Source: Rebecca billardiae RCC1528 (taxonomy: Eukaryota; Protista; Haptophyta). Taken from it: a stretch of 64,000 nucleotides of DNA. The notes below the pieces were generated by a model. The model saw nothing but the letters and a program-made list of their open reading frames with translations. It had not been told where the DNA came from and did no database searches. Location of the stretch: assembly GCA_965240325.2 (NCBI GenBank), contig OZ251230.1, forward strand, positions 2,666,001 through 2,730,000. Reading direction: 5' to 3'. The position numbers and the translations under genes were made by a program. Numbering within the stretch: the first letter of the stretch is position 1; every line of letters begins with the position of its first letter. Shown one piece after another: positions 42,560-54,100 of the stretch.

Positions 42560-44422
42560 ATGGTCATGTTTCAGGACGGAAAGGGCGGCGCCGAAATGGC
42601 GGCGGTGCCCGACGTGGAGCAGACGCCCGGGCGGGTGGAGGGCAACTCAGCACACAGCAGTGGAGGGGCAAAACCCTCGGACATCGTCTCCGACGTGCCC
42701 CCGGGCGCGCCGGACGTCAAGCGCGAGCGCAGCGCGATGGCGGCCGCGCCCACGTGGAGCGAGATGGACAACATGGAGCGCTTGGGGCACGTGAAGACAG
42801 AGGTGCTGATCGGCATCATCATCTTCCTCTCGCAGCTGCCCGAGTCGGTCGCCTTCGCCTTCCTCGCCTCGATGACCCCGCCGACCGCGCTGCACTCCGC
42901 GTGGATCATCGGCTTCATCACGTCGGCGTTTGGCGGCCGGCCCGGCATGATCTCGGGCGCGGCGGGCGCGCGCGCGACGATCATCGGCTCGTTCCTCGGC
43001 ACGGCGGAGCGCGTGGGGCTGAACGGCGAGGGCGTCGAGATCGTCTTCCCCGCGGTGATCATCAGCGGCGGCTTCATGCTGCTCATCTGGTACACCAAGT
43101 TCTACCGGTTCACCAAGCTGATCCCGGAGAGCGTGCTGGTGGGCTTTCTGAACGGGCTCGGGCTGCTCATCATCCTCTCGCAGGTGTACACGTTCCGCAA
43201 CGACAACGACACGGAGTGGCGGACGGGCGAGGAGCTCGGCTGGATGGTGCTCATCACCTTCGTCTCGTGGGCCACGATGGAGTTCACGCCCAAGATGCCG
43301 TGCCGCTTTTCAAACCTGATCCCGTCGTCGCTGCTCGCACTCGTCGTCGGCGCGGTCGTCGAGTTCGCGCTCGTGCGCCCGCTCGGCGCGCGGACGGACA
43401 CGATCGGCGACGTGGCGGAGTTCACGCCGGAGAACGCGCTGCCCACGCCCTTCATGATCGACGCGCAGTACGACCTGACCAAGCTGCAGGCCGAGGGCAT
43501 CCCGACGCGCATCTTCCTGCTGTCCGTGCTCCTGTGCGCGGTCGGCTCGATTGAGTCGCTGCTGACCGCCGAGGTGGTGACCGAGGTGGTGAAGACGCCG
43601 AACCGGCCGGACCGCGTGATGTCCGCGCTGGGCGTGGCGAACATCATCGCCGGCTTCGTCGGCGGCATGGGCGGCGACGCGACCATCGGCCTCTCCAAGA
43701 TGAACGTGATCTCGGGCGGCACCTCGCGCATCTCAGGCGTGGTCGCGTCGATCGGCGTGCTCCTGTCGGTCACGGTGGCGTACCCGCTGCTCAACCTCGT
43801 GCCGATGAGCGCGCTGACGGGCGTGATGCTCGTGGTCGGGCTGCACACGTTCAGCTGGCCGAGCATCCCGTACGCCCTCTCCGCCTGCCTCCCCGAGGCG
43901 TGGCGCGCCCGCTTCAACGTGCGCGGCAAGCAGCTGCTGCCGCTGCGCGTAGACAGGTACGACGCGCTCATCATGGTCGTGGTGTCCGTGATCTCGTACA
44001 CCACCAACATCGTGTACGGCATCTTCGCCGGCGTGGTGCTCGCGTGCTGCCGCTTCTCGTGGGAGAGCACGCACGACTTCCACGTCTCGTCCACCATGCG
44101 CGCCGACGGCTCCAAGCTGTACACCGCGCAGGGCGAGCTCTTCTTTGCGACGGCGAACAAGTTCCACCTCGAGTTTGACTACGTCAACGACCCGCAGCGC
44201 GTGCAGCTGCTGCTCGAGTTCGAGCCGCAGGACTACTCGGCGGTGCACGCGATCCGGAAGGTGATGCACAACTACGAGAAGGCGGAGAAGAGCATCGAGG
44301 TGCGCATCCACGGCGGCGAGCTCAAGGGCGGCGAGACCGCGCCCAACTACGCGCAGACCATTGAGATGAGTGAGGAGTGGCACCGCGCGCGCGCCGTGCA
44401 CAAGGACGACGTGAGCAAGTGA
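42560..44422 (+). CDS. SulP/SLC26 anion transporter with short STAS-like C-terminus
   Basis: QLPESVAFA, FGGRPGMISGAAGA, VLVGFLNGLG, GSIESLLT, GVANIIAGFVGGMGGDATIGLS, GGTSRISG, PMSALTGVM, GELFFA; intronless. Confidence 0.93.
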   Translation: MVMFQDGKGGAEMAAVPDVEQTPGRVEGNSAHSSGGAKPSDIVSDVPPGAPDVKRERSAMAAAPTWSEMDNMERLGHVKTEVLIGIIIFLSQLPESVAFAFLASMTPPTALHSAWIIGFITSAFGGRPGMISGAAGARATIIGSFLGTAERVGLNGEGVEIVFPAVIISGGFMLLIWYTKFYRFTKLIPESVLVGFLNGLGLLIILSQVYTFRNDNDTEWRTGEELGWMVLITFVSWATMEFTPKMPCRFSNLIPSSLLALVVGAVVEFALVRPLGARTDTIGDVAEFTPENALPTPFMIDAQYDLTKLQAEGIPTRIFLLSVLLCAVGSIESLLTAEVVTEVVKTPNRPDRVMSALGVANIIAGFVGGMGGDATIGLSKMNVISGGTSRISGVVASIGVLLSVTVAYPLLNLVPMSALTGVMLVVGLHTFSWPSIPYALSACLPEAWRARFNVRGKQLLPLRVDRYDALIMVVVSVISYTTNIVYGIFAGVVLACCRFSWESTHDFHVSSTMRADGSKLYTAQGELFFATANKFHLEFDYVNDPQRVQLLLEFEPQDYSAVHAIRKVMHNYEKAEKSIEVRIHGGELKGGETAPNYAQTIEMSEEWHRARAVHKDDVSK

Positions 44423-44870
44423 CGGCTGACGAGCACGGCGAGCGAGGCGGCGCGCTGCCCGGCTCTGCGGCCGCCGCGTGCGCCGTCCGCTGCCGCTGGG
44501 CGGCATGCGCGCGGAGCGTGGCCGAGCTGCCGGCGGCCGCCCCGACCCCGCCGCTCGACCGCACTGCACCGTGTCCGCCCAGTGACCCAGTCTGGCCGCG
44601 GACAGTGCCGTGCTCCCGCGCGTCACGGATCATCGGCCGATTGATTACTAACTACGTTCGGCGCGCACGGCAGATCGACGACGCCAGCTGCAGTGCCGCC
44701 GGCGGCCGGCTGCGCCGCACCCTTATTTGGTGTAAGGGCGTGTCGTATGAATACCGTACGACGACATGATCAGATATATACGACCTGTCGGTCGCAGCAT
44801 CAGGGCATATAGTATCGACCGGAGTACGTTGCATGGTCATAATAATATGTATAATATATATATATATGTG

Positions 44871-46837
44871 TAAACTTTTCTGAGGATAGCGCACCAGCAA
44901 AATCCCTTGACCGCCATCCGGATTTTACGGAGGCCGCGTTTGGACGCAGAAACGCGCGATGGCGAGGCCCGCCCTCGCACCACCGCTCTCGCGAGATCGC
45001 GACCGTGCGACCTGCGGCGTTGCGCTCGACGCGCTCTTTCTGCTCGGAGGCCGCGAGGACTCCCAGGTGCGCCAGCTCGCGAGCGCGCACCTTCCTCCTC
45101 GCCGCGCTCGCCGAGCACGAGCCGATCTGCAGCAGATGTGCAAGGAGCCGCATGTGGCCTTCCTCGCGCGCGCGGCACGGCTGCACACGAAAATCGTTAG
45201 AGGGCACTTCTCCGCGCATTCTACATTTTGGGGAAAGAACGCCTGAACTGCACAAAAAGTGCCCTCTAACGCTTCCGCTCCTCGCCGTTGCGTGCACGCG
45301 CAAAGGAGCACTGCAAAGGGTGCGACTGGGAGCATTCCTTCTCCCGGGCGGCCACCACGGCCTCGGAGGTGGTGAGGAACGCGTCGGCGACCACGGCGTG
45401 GACCACCTCCGTCGCGCCGGACACTCCGGTCGCCCCTCGCCGGACTCCATCCTCGCTGCGCGCTGACCGTTTGCCGAGCGGGCTGCCCCGCCGCCTGCCC
45501 GGCGTGTGCCCGCGTGGTGACACAAGATGGTCGAAGGCGTGGCAGCGCGGTGGTGCGTGCGATCGGGGGACCCCACCTGAGCTACGACACGGGCGCGCGC
45601 GCTCATCCGTGCTCATCACGGTGGTGCACGCGCGCGTCGCGCGCTGACGCTCGTCGGCTGTCGCGCGCTGACGGCTGGGCTGCTTTGGGGTGTCGGCGGC
45701 GGCCACAGCTCGCTGGTACGGGCGCGATGGTGGCTGCGAGTGGTACGCGGCGTTGCACCAGGTCCGTGTGCGTCACGCACGACGCTCGGCCGGCTCGCCC
45801 TCGGACCATTGGCTGAGCCCTACTCGCCGCGCGCACTGCGCGCGGCAGCCGCTCCGCAGCTGCTCCGGGCACGAAGCGCGCCCCGCGCGCTGCACGTGGG
45901 CGCGACGAGGTGGTGCAGCGAGCATGCGCGAGAGTGTGCGCGTGATGGGCACCACAATGACGATACTTGCCATGCACATCTGCCCCTCGCCACGCCTTCG
46001 TCACGATAGCTGCGACTGCTGCCCGGAGGTGCGCTCGAGCGCTCGCGCGCGTTTGAATCTGGGCTCGGCGGCGATCGCGTGGACGAGGGGCAGCGCGGTG
46101 CACGGTGGCGGAGCGCGTGCGGAGCGCAGCCTACACCTCCTACACGCTCCATCCAGACACATCGCGCATGCTCGCGCGGCCTCCTCGGTCCATCACGTGC
46201 GCGTGCGCGCGCGAGCAGGTGTGCATTCGCCGGGCGCGTTCACGGCGCGCCGCGTTGGCGCGCGCGCACCGATACCCGTGCGCAGCTCGACGAGCGAGCG
46301 CGGTGTGTTTCGATGCGTATGGGGAGGCTCGAATTTACGCGCGCGCACGCGCCGGCCCTCGCCGCCCCTTCGCTCGCCCACGCCTCATCTGCGCGCTCGG
46401 CGTTTGCAGGCAGCTGCGCATTCTTTCCGACACGTGCGCAAACGAGCAGATGGCGCTGGGCGAGGTCGATTGGTGCGTCAGATATTCGGCAACGACCAGG
46501 CCCGCTTGTGTGCCGCCGCTCGTGCTACTCTCGACGACCACCTCTGGCTCGGTCGCGCGCACGAGGCTGCTCGCGGCCGAATCGTGCCGTGTACCGTCAA
46601 GCTGTACCGTGCGCAGCGAGGCGCACTCAGACGTCGGCATGGGCTCGCATGCGAGGGCCCGGCAGTGCGACGCGTCGATGGAGCATGCTCCGGATACGCT
46701 TCGGCGCACTTCCCGACGCGCACGAGCCGCTCGAAGGCGCGGAAGGGCGCCCAAACGGGGCAACCGCCATTTTGCGCCACTTCGGCCCGGATGGCGGTCA
46801 AGGGAAATTGCTGGTGCGCTATCCTCAGAAAAGTTTA
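44871..46837. mobile_element. Non-autonomous or degenerate DNA transposon, 1.97 kb, 51-bp terminal inverted repeats
   Basis: TAAACTTTTCTGAGGATAGCGCACCAGCAAAATCCCTTGACCGCCATCCGG (44871-44921) matches the reverse complement of 46787-46837 with 2 mismatches. AT-rich flanks; no transposase motif recognised. Confidence 0.82.
45195..45271. repeat. 15-bp perfect inverted repeat with 47-nt spacer
   Basis: CGTTAGAGGGCACTT (45195-45209) / AAGTGCCCTCTAACG (45257-45271). Confidence 0.85.
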
Positions 46838-47286
46838 ATCATATATATAATAATATGTCGTCGTAATTGTGTCAGCTGCTGCGACGGCTGTCCGTGAGTG
46901 ATCGCTATATATGTAATGCCCGCCTCTTGCGAGCGCGCAGAGAAGATGCGCCGAGAGGCGACAAGCTCTGTCGGCGGCAGCGTCATTGTTCGGTGGCACT
47001 GCGGAGTGGGCGCAGCGCGCGGCCACTGCGCGCAGCACTCGTCATCTGCGCCGGCGACGCCGGACACAGGTGCTCGAGCGAGTGCTGACGTGATGCTCCG
47101 GGTGACGCAGCGTCACGGCCGCCCGCTCGGACCACGAGCAGCTCGTGCGCGCGTTTTGGCGTGCGCCGTGCGCGTGCCGCACGCCGCCGTGCAATAGAGC
47201 TCAACAACGAGGCGCACGGCGTGCGGGCCCGCCGTGCGCGCGGCGAGCTGCTTGGTGGCAGCTGGCGCGCGCTCGTGCGCGCGCGC

Positions 47287-47808
47287 TCACGCCGCCGAGG
47301 CGATCGCCTCCGCCACGGGCTCGGCGGCGGCGGACTGCGCCTTGGAGGGTGCCGGCGCGCGCACGAACAACGCGAGCGCGTCGGCCCACTCGCGCGCCGC
47401 CCGCTCGTTGGCCGCGCTGAACTTGTACGTGGAGGTGGCCTTGGGCTGGTCGCGCATCGTGACCGACACCGTCACGCCGTCGACAACGGGCGCCTCCATC
47501 GTGGCGAAGGGGAGCGACTTCTCGGCGGCCTTCGCGCCCGGCTTGGTGTAGATCAGCGCCGTGCTGTCGTCCGAGATGTACACGTGGCGCACGGAGAGCA
47601 GGCCGATGCCGCGGCGCGACTCCTTCCGGAGCTGCGTGTTGAGCGCCGCCTTTGCCGCCTCGCGCGCCGCCGCCGCCTCCTCCTCGCGCCGGAGCTCCTC
47701 GGCGTCCTTGTGCATGCGCCCGTACCACGGCGAGTGCGGCACCTCCGCCGCGGTCGCCTCGGCCTCCTGCCCGTTGTAGACGCCGATGCACTTGAGGATG
47801 GCGAGCAT
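47287..47808 (-). CDS. Small PH-domain-like protein
   Basis: QLRKESRRGIGLLSVRHVYIS...ALIYTK...TYKFSAANERAAREWADAL fits the PH fold pattern with a terminal Trp helix. Confidence 0.68.
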   Translation of the reverse strand: MLAILKCIGVYNGQEAEATAAEVPHSPWYGRMHKDAEELRREEEAAAAREAAKAALNTQLRKESRRGIGLLSVRHVYISDDSTALIYTKPGAKAAEKSLPFATMEAPVVDGVTVSVTMRDQPKATSTYKFSAANERAAREWADALALFVRAPAPSKAQSAAAEPVAEAIASAA

Positions 47809-48216
47809 GGTGTTCGACGGGGTGGTGACGCGGGACGGCGGCGGGGGTTTGGCGGCGGCAGGTGGCTCAACTGCGGCGGGCCGCGCGCTTTTTCCGCGCC
47901 GGTCCGAACCAGCGCTCCCGCACGCCTGCGCTGGCGGTGCCGTTTTCGCTCGGCGCTGGTGATCAAGAGCGGCAGCGGTTGAGATCTTTCATGGGAGCAT
48001 TCGTCAACGGCCAGGAGTGCTCATAGTAATAGTAGTACACCCACACGAGGTGACCGGAAAGGCAGGCTCGGCAGTGATAGAATCAAGATGGCGGCCGTCC
48101 GCTTCGCGCGGCCGCACCGGCGGACGGTGGCGGTGGCGGTGGGCCGATGGCTTGCCAATCGCGCCCGTCGGCGTCGGGAGAGCTGAGCGGGATGGCGCAA
48201 ACGCTGCCGCGACTCG

Positions 48217-50464
48217 CTAGCCCTTGAAGATGAAGCGCACCGCGTCGAGCGCGGCGCGCGCGCCGAGCACGAGCGAGGACTCGGCGAGCTTGGCGAGCGT
48301 GCCGCTGCGGACGAGCGCGCGCGCCGCCCACGGCGCGAGCTGCCCGAGCGCGAGGAGCAGCGGCTCCTCGACGGCGAACGTGCCGATCAGCGCCGCGGCC
48401 CACGACGCGAGCATCGCCTCGGTGCGCTCGCGGCCGAACAGCCGTCCGTACACGATCACGAGCGCGCACAGCCCAGCGTACATGCCCAGCATGGCCGCCC
48501 ACGCGAGGGGCGAGCGCGCCCACGGCGGCGGCGGCGGGCACGGGCAGAGCACGCGCGCCCACTCGGCCGCGCGCCGCTCCGCCGCCTTCTGCCGCGCGTA
48601 CCACACCACCATCTCGAGCTCGTCCACGCGCAGGTCGGCGTCGAGATCGAGATCTCGCAGCAGCCGCCGCCGCTCGTGCGGCAGCAGCGGGTCGCCCAGC
48701 TCGGCCATGATCAGCCCGACGCCCGCCTCGTCCACGCGCCCGTCGCCCGTCGAGTCGCAGCGCGAGAAGGCGGCGCGCAGCGCGGAGAGCTCGGCGGCGG
48801 TGAGCTCGGACTGCGCGCGGTGCAGCGACGAGCTCTGCGCGCGCGACAGCGCGCCCGAGCGGCGCGAGAACGACGGCGGCGGCGCCGCCCGCTGCTGCTC
48901 GGCGGGCGCGGCGGCGGCGGCGCCGGCCGCGGCCGGCGGCGGCGGGCTGGGCGCGTCGCCGGGGCTGGCGCTCGAGCCGCTGCGGCGTGCGTCGAGTGGC
49001 GGCGGCGGCGCGGGCGCGGCGCTCGCGGGCGCGGCCGGCGGCGACGTCGCGCGGCGCTCGCGCCGTTGCGGCGAGCGCGGCGAGGGCGGCGTGAGCGAGT
49101 CGGTCGACGCGCTGCCGCGGCCGAGGGCGGGCGGGCGGCGCGGCCCGACGGCGGCGGGTGCGGGCGCGGGCGCGGCGGCCGGGTCCGGCGCGGGCGCGGC
49201 CGCGCTCGTCGCGGGGGCGCCCGCCGTGGCGGCCGCGCGGCCGCGCGGCGGCGACGCCGGCGGCGGCGACGGCGGCGGCGACGGCGCGCCCGCCGGCGCC
49301 GCCGCGCCCGCCTCGGCCTCGGGCGCGGCGGCGGCGGGCGCGGCGGTGTCAAGCGCGGCGGGCGCGCGCGCGGCGAGCGCGCGCACGGGCGTGATGCGGC
49401 TGAGCGAGCCGCCCCCCAGCACGGGCGCGGCGACGAGTCTGCGCGGCGGCGGCGGCGCGGCGGCGGGCGCGGCACCGCCCGAGCTGCTCCCGCCGCCGCC
49501 GCCGCCGCGCGAGGCCGTGCTGCGGCTGCTGCTGCTGCTGCCGCCGCCGCGCGCCGCCGAGCCGGCCGAGCGCGGCCGAGGCCGCGCGGGGAGAACGTAC
49601 GGCTGCTGGAAGCCTGGCGGCGCCGGCCGGCCCGCCTCGGCCTGAGCGGCGGCGGGCGCCGCGCCGGCGCCCTCCTCGTCGCCCGGCGCGATCTCAGCGC
49701 CGCGCGCGCGCGCCGCGCCGCCCGCGACGAGCGCGCCGCCCGACTGCAGCGGCGCGACGATGCCGCAGCCAATCGTGGGCACGTCAGGCACACGCACGCG
49801 CCGCGCGGCGCTGCCAGGGCGGCCCCCACCGCCGCCGCTGCCCGGCCGGCCGCCGCGCGCGCCCGCGTGCTGCTGCTGCGCCGCCGCCGGCCCTGCGCAC
49901 GCCTCCGGCGCTGACTCCTCGTGCCGTGGGCTGAGGCGCGCGGGCGGCGGCGCGGGCCCGCCACCGCCGCCTCCAACGCTCGAGCGCGCCGAGACCGCGG
50001 AGCGCAGCGTCGAGGCGGAGGCGGAGGACGAGAGCGGCGCCGCGGCCGTGCTGCCGCGCGAGGAGCCGCAGCCCGGCTTGCGCACGGCCGGCGGGCCGCC
50101 AAAGCGCCGCGCGCCGGCTGGGTAGCCCTGCGTGCTCGCGCCCGCCCGCCCGCCGTCGCCCTCGCCGTCGCCGTCGCCCTCACCCCGCCCATACCCGCCG
50201 CCGCCGCCGCCACCACCTCGCATCTTCCCGGCGAGCGCGAGCGCGCTCCCCATCGCCACCATCTCGCGCGCGCGCGCGCGCGAGCGCGCGTCCGCGGCGA
50301 GCGCGCCGCTGAGGTGCTCGCGCATGCCGCGGTACAGCCGCCACGCGGGCAGCGCGCGGCCGTCGTGCCGCGCGAGGTGCCACGCGCCCTTGAACGCCCA
50401 CAGCGCGGGCAGCCCGAGCGCGCACGCGAGCAGCGCGTACAGCAGCACGCTCAGCAGCGGCACG

Positions 50465-50514
<50 letters not shown>

Positions 50515-51152
50515 CTCCTCCTGCGAGTGGAGCATGCACTCGAGCGCAGCCTGCAGCGCGAGCGTGTTGAAGAGGCTCTGCACCAGCTCGGCGCGGCGCA
50601 GCGCGCGCTCGGGCCGCGCGAACAGCAGCGCGAGCAGCGTGTGCTGGTCCGCGACCGCCTCGAGCACGGCGCGCGCGCGCTCGAGCGGGCTCGCGCCGCG
50701 CCGCCCGCCGCGGCGCGCGCCAGAGCCGCCGGCCCTCGTCGAGAAGCGCCGGCCGAGGTCGTGGTGCTCGGCGATCTCCTGCGCGGCGCTGCGCGCGGGC
50801 GACCAGACGGACGAGCTCCGGCGCATCGGCGAGCGCGAGGGCGGCGAGCGCGAGGGCGGCGAGTGCGAGCGCGAGCGGGGCGCACGGCGCGCAGGCAGCT
50901 CGGCCGGCGAGGCGCCGCCGCTGCCGCCGCGCGCGGGCGCGGCGCCGTCCGCCCGCCGCTGCGCGCCCGCCGCCTGCGCGCCCGCCGACGCCTCGGGCGC
51001 CGCCGCCACCGGCTCCTCCTCCGCGCAGCTGCTCTCCACCACCGCCCTCGCGCCCAGGTATGCGTCGAGCTGCGCCGAGCGCAGCTCGGCGCCCGGCGCG
51101 CCGGAGGGCGGCGCCGAGCCGGCGTCGCGCGCGCAGCACGGCGCGGGCGCGG

Positions 51153-51183
<31 letters not shown>

Positions 51184-54100
51184 CTTGCGCGCGCGCACGC
51201 GCTCGACGGTCGTCGCCGGCTGCGCGCCGGCCGCGGCGCTCGCGCGCGCGCCGGCCGCGCCCGCGCCGAGCTCGCCGCCCAGCCCGCTGTCGAGCGTGCC
51301 GGTGCCGCGCCGGCTGCCGAGCGGCGAGCGCGCGCGCGAGGCTGCGGGCGAGCGCGCGCGCGAGCGCGCGCTCGGCGGCGAGCGCGGCGCGGACGAGCTG
51401 CGCGAGGGCGGCGCGGGCGAGCCGCGCCGGCTGCGCCGGCTGTAGCTGCCGCCGCCGCCGCCGCCGCCGCCCACGCTCAGCCGCCCGCCGCCGCCGCCCG
51501 GCCCGCGGCTGCCGCTCCCGTCGCCCAGCCCGGACGTGGCCAGTCCGGAGGACGTGGCCAGTCCGGACGTGGCCCTCTCAGATTCGTACCAGCGCGCGTA
51601 CTCGCGCAGAGCGCGCCGGTCGGCCGCGGCGGCGAGGAGGAGGCAGAGGCCGTTGAGCCCGCTCAGCAGGTACACCAGCCGGTAGATCGTCGGGTTCTCG
51701 CGGAGGCCCTCCGAGGGCGTGGCGAGCACCGCCGCGCCCTCGGCGGCGCTGAACGTGTTGAGACGCACGGACGCCGCCTCCTCCGCCGCCGCCTCGCGGC
51801 TGGCGGGCACGGAGAGCGCGGCAAAGTCGGTGAGGTGCGTGCACGCGCAGTAGAGCAACGACGGCTCGGCGCCGTCGGGCGGCGCGCCCAGCGTCGTGCA
51901 CCCCTCCGCCGACCACTCGCCCCGCGCCTCGTCCCACCAGTGGCACGCGTCCGCGCGGCCGCACTCGCGCCCGCGGTACGGCGGCTCGCACGCGCAGCCG
52001 CGCAGCCCGCCGCCCAGCTCGACGCACGCGCCGCGCGCGTTGCACGGCGCGGCCATGCCCAGCGCGATCTCGGCGCCGCCGTCGGCGCACGACGGCGCGG
52101 GCTCCACCGCCGGCGGCGCGTACCCCGGCAGCCCGACCAGCAGCGGCTCGCGCAGCCCCGAGATTGCAATCTCGGCGCCGGCCGTCGGGTCGCGCAGCTG
52201 CGCGCGCAGCACGCCCGTGCGCAGAGGGCCGAGCAGCGCGCCGTCGCTCTGGTTGGCGGGCTCGGCATGCACGTTCGGCCCGAAGGCGATGAGCACCACG
52301 TCGACCGGCGCGTCCGGCGCCGGCGCGCCGCCGCCGGACTCGGCGCCGGCCTGCGCGGCCCACAGCGAGGCCGGCAGTGCGAGCGCGCCGCCGCCGCCCG
52401 CGCCGTCCAGCGCCGCGCGCTCTGCCGCGAGCTCGGCCGCGGTGCGCCGCGCCACGCTCACGTTGACGCGCGCGGAGGTCGCCTCGACCGGCAGCTCGCC
52501 CGGCACGGCGCCGGCGAGCAGCGCGAGCGCCAGGCCCGACGCCGCCTCGAGCGCCGCGCCGCCCAGCGCCACCGCCTCCTCCGCCGTGAGCGCGCCGCCG
52601 CCGCCGCCGCCGGGCGCGCCGAGCGCGCTGTCGAGCGCGCCCAGCAGCGCGGCCGCCGTGCCGGCGTCGACGCCGTCGGCCGCGGACGCGGCGGCGAGCG
52701 CGGCCACGTGCCCGAGCCCGGCGGCGCGCGCCGGCGCGTCGAGCGCCACCGGCGCGCCGAGCGCGGCCGCGAGCGCCGCCGCCGACTGCGCGCGCGCCTC
52801 GGCGGTGGGCGGCGCGACCGCGGCCGCCTCGAGCGCGGTGAGCCCCACGATCGTCGAGACGAGCGCCGAGCCGTTCGCCGCGGCGGCCGCGGCGGCCGCG
52901 GGGTCGGCGAGCGTCTGCGCCAGCCCGTCGAGCAGCTGCATCGCCTCCGCGTGGTCGGCGCGGTCGATCGCCGCACGCGCGCGCGCGAGCGCGCCCGCCA
53001 GCGCCGCGGCCGCCGCGGCCGCGGAGGCTCCCAGCTCGGGCGAGCGCACGCGCACGGCGGCCGAGGCGGTGGCGCGCGCGCCGAGCGCGTCCGTGACGCG
53101 CACGGACAGCGTGCGCGCGCCGCCCGGCAGCAGCGCGCTGCCGAGCGCGGACGCCCCGGCGAGGCCGAGCGGCGTCGGCGCGCCGCCGTCGGCGGCCCGG
53201 TGCGAGAAGGCGTAGCTGAGCGGCAGCTGATCCGACACCCAGCCGACCGCGTGCAGCGCGTACGCCGTCACCAGCGCCACGCCGCCCTCGGCGGGCGAGA
53301 CGCGCAGCGCGCCGCCGTGCGGCGGCCGGCCGATCGGCACGAAGATCGACGCGGACGCGGAGGGCGCGGCGGCGGGCGCGCCGCCGCCGCCGCCTCCGAG
53401 CGGCGTGACGGTCAGCTCGAACGCGTACGTGGCGCCGGCCGCGAGCGCGCCGCTGCGGAAGGCGAGCGTGTGCCGCGACCCGCCGGTGGTCGTGACGGCG
53501 GCCGTGTCCTCCAGCTCGAGCCCCGACGGCTCGAGCCCGCCGTCGTCGGCGCGGAGGAACGCGCGCCAGCGCAGCGCGTACGGCCCAGCCGCGGAGCCGT
53601 TGGCGGCCGCCGCGGCAGAGTCAGACTCGGCGAGGAGCGCCGTGCTGATGGCGAGGCGCTCGCTCGGCCGCGCCCACTCGGCGGCGTACGAACCTCGGCG
53701 CAGCGGCGCGAAGACGATCGTCGGGATGGGCGCGGCCACGAGCGACACGCGCACGGACGCGCTCGCGCCCGCCGGCAGCGCGGCGGCGGCGGCCGCCGCC
53801 GCCGCCGTCGCCGCCGACGACGCCGACGCGCCGCCCGGCGTTGCAGTGGCGGGCGGCCGCGCGCTCACCGCGAGCGTGACCACGTACTCGCCCGGGCTGA
53901 GGTCGCCCGGCTGCAGCCGCAGCGACGAGGCGTTGGTGCGCACGCTCGGCGGCAGGGGCACCGCGCTGCTGCCGTTGCCCGCCGCGCCCGCGCCGCCGCC
54001 CGGCGCAGCGGCCGCGACGACCGTCCACGCGAACGCCAGCCCGTCGGCCGAGCCCGTGTTTGGGTCGAGCGTGGACGAGCCGTCGATGGCGAGCGGCCGG

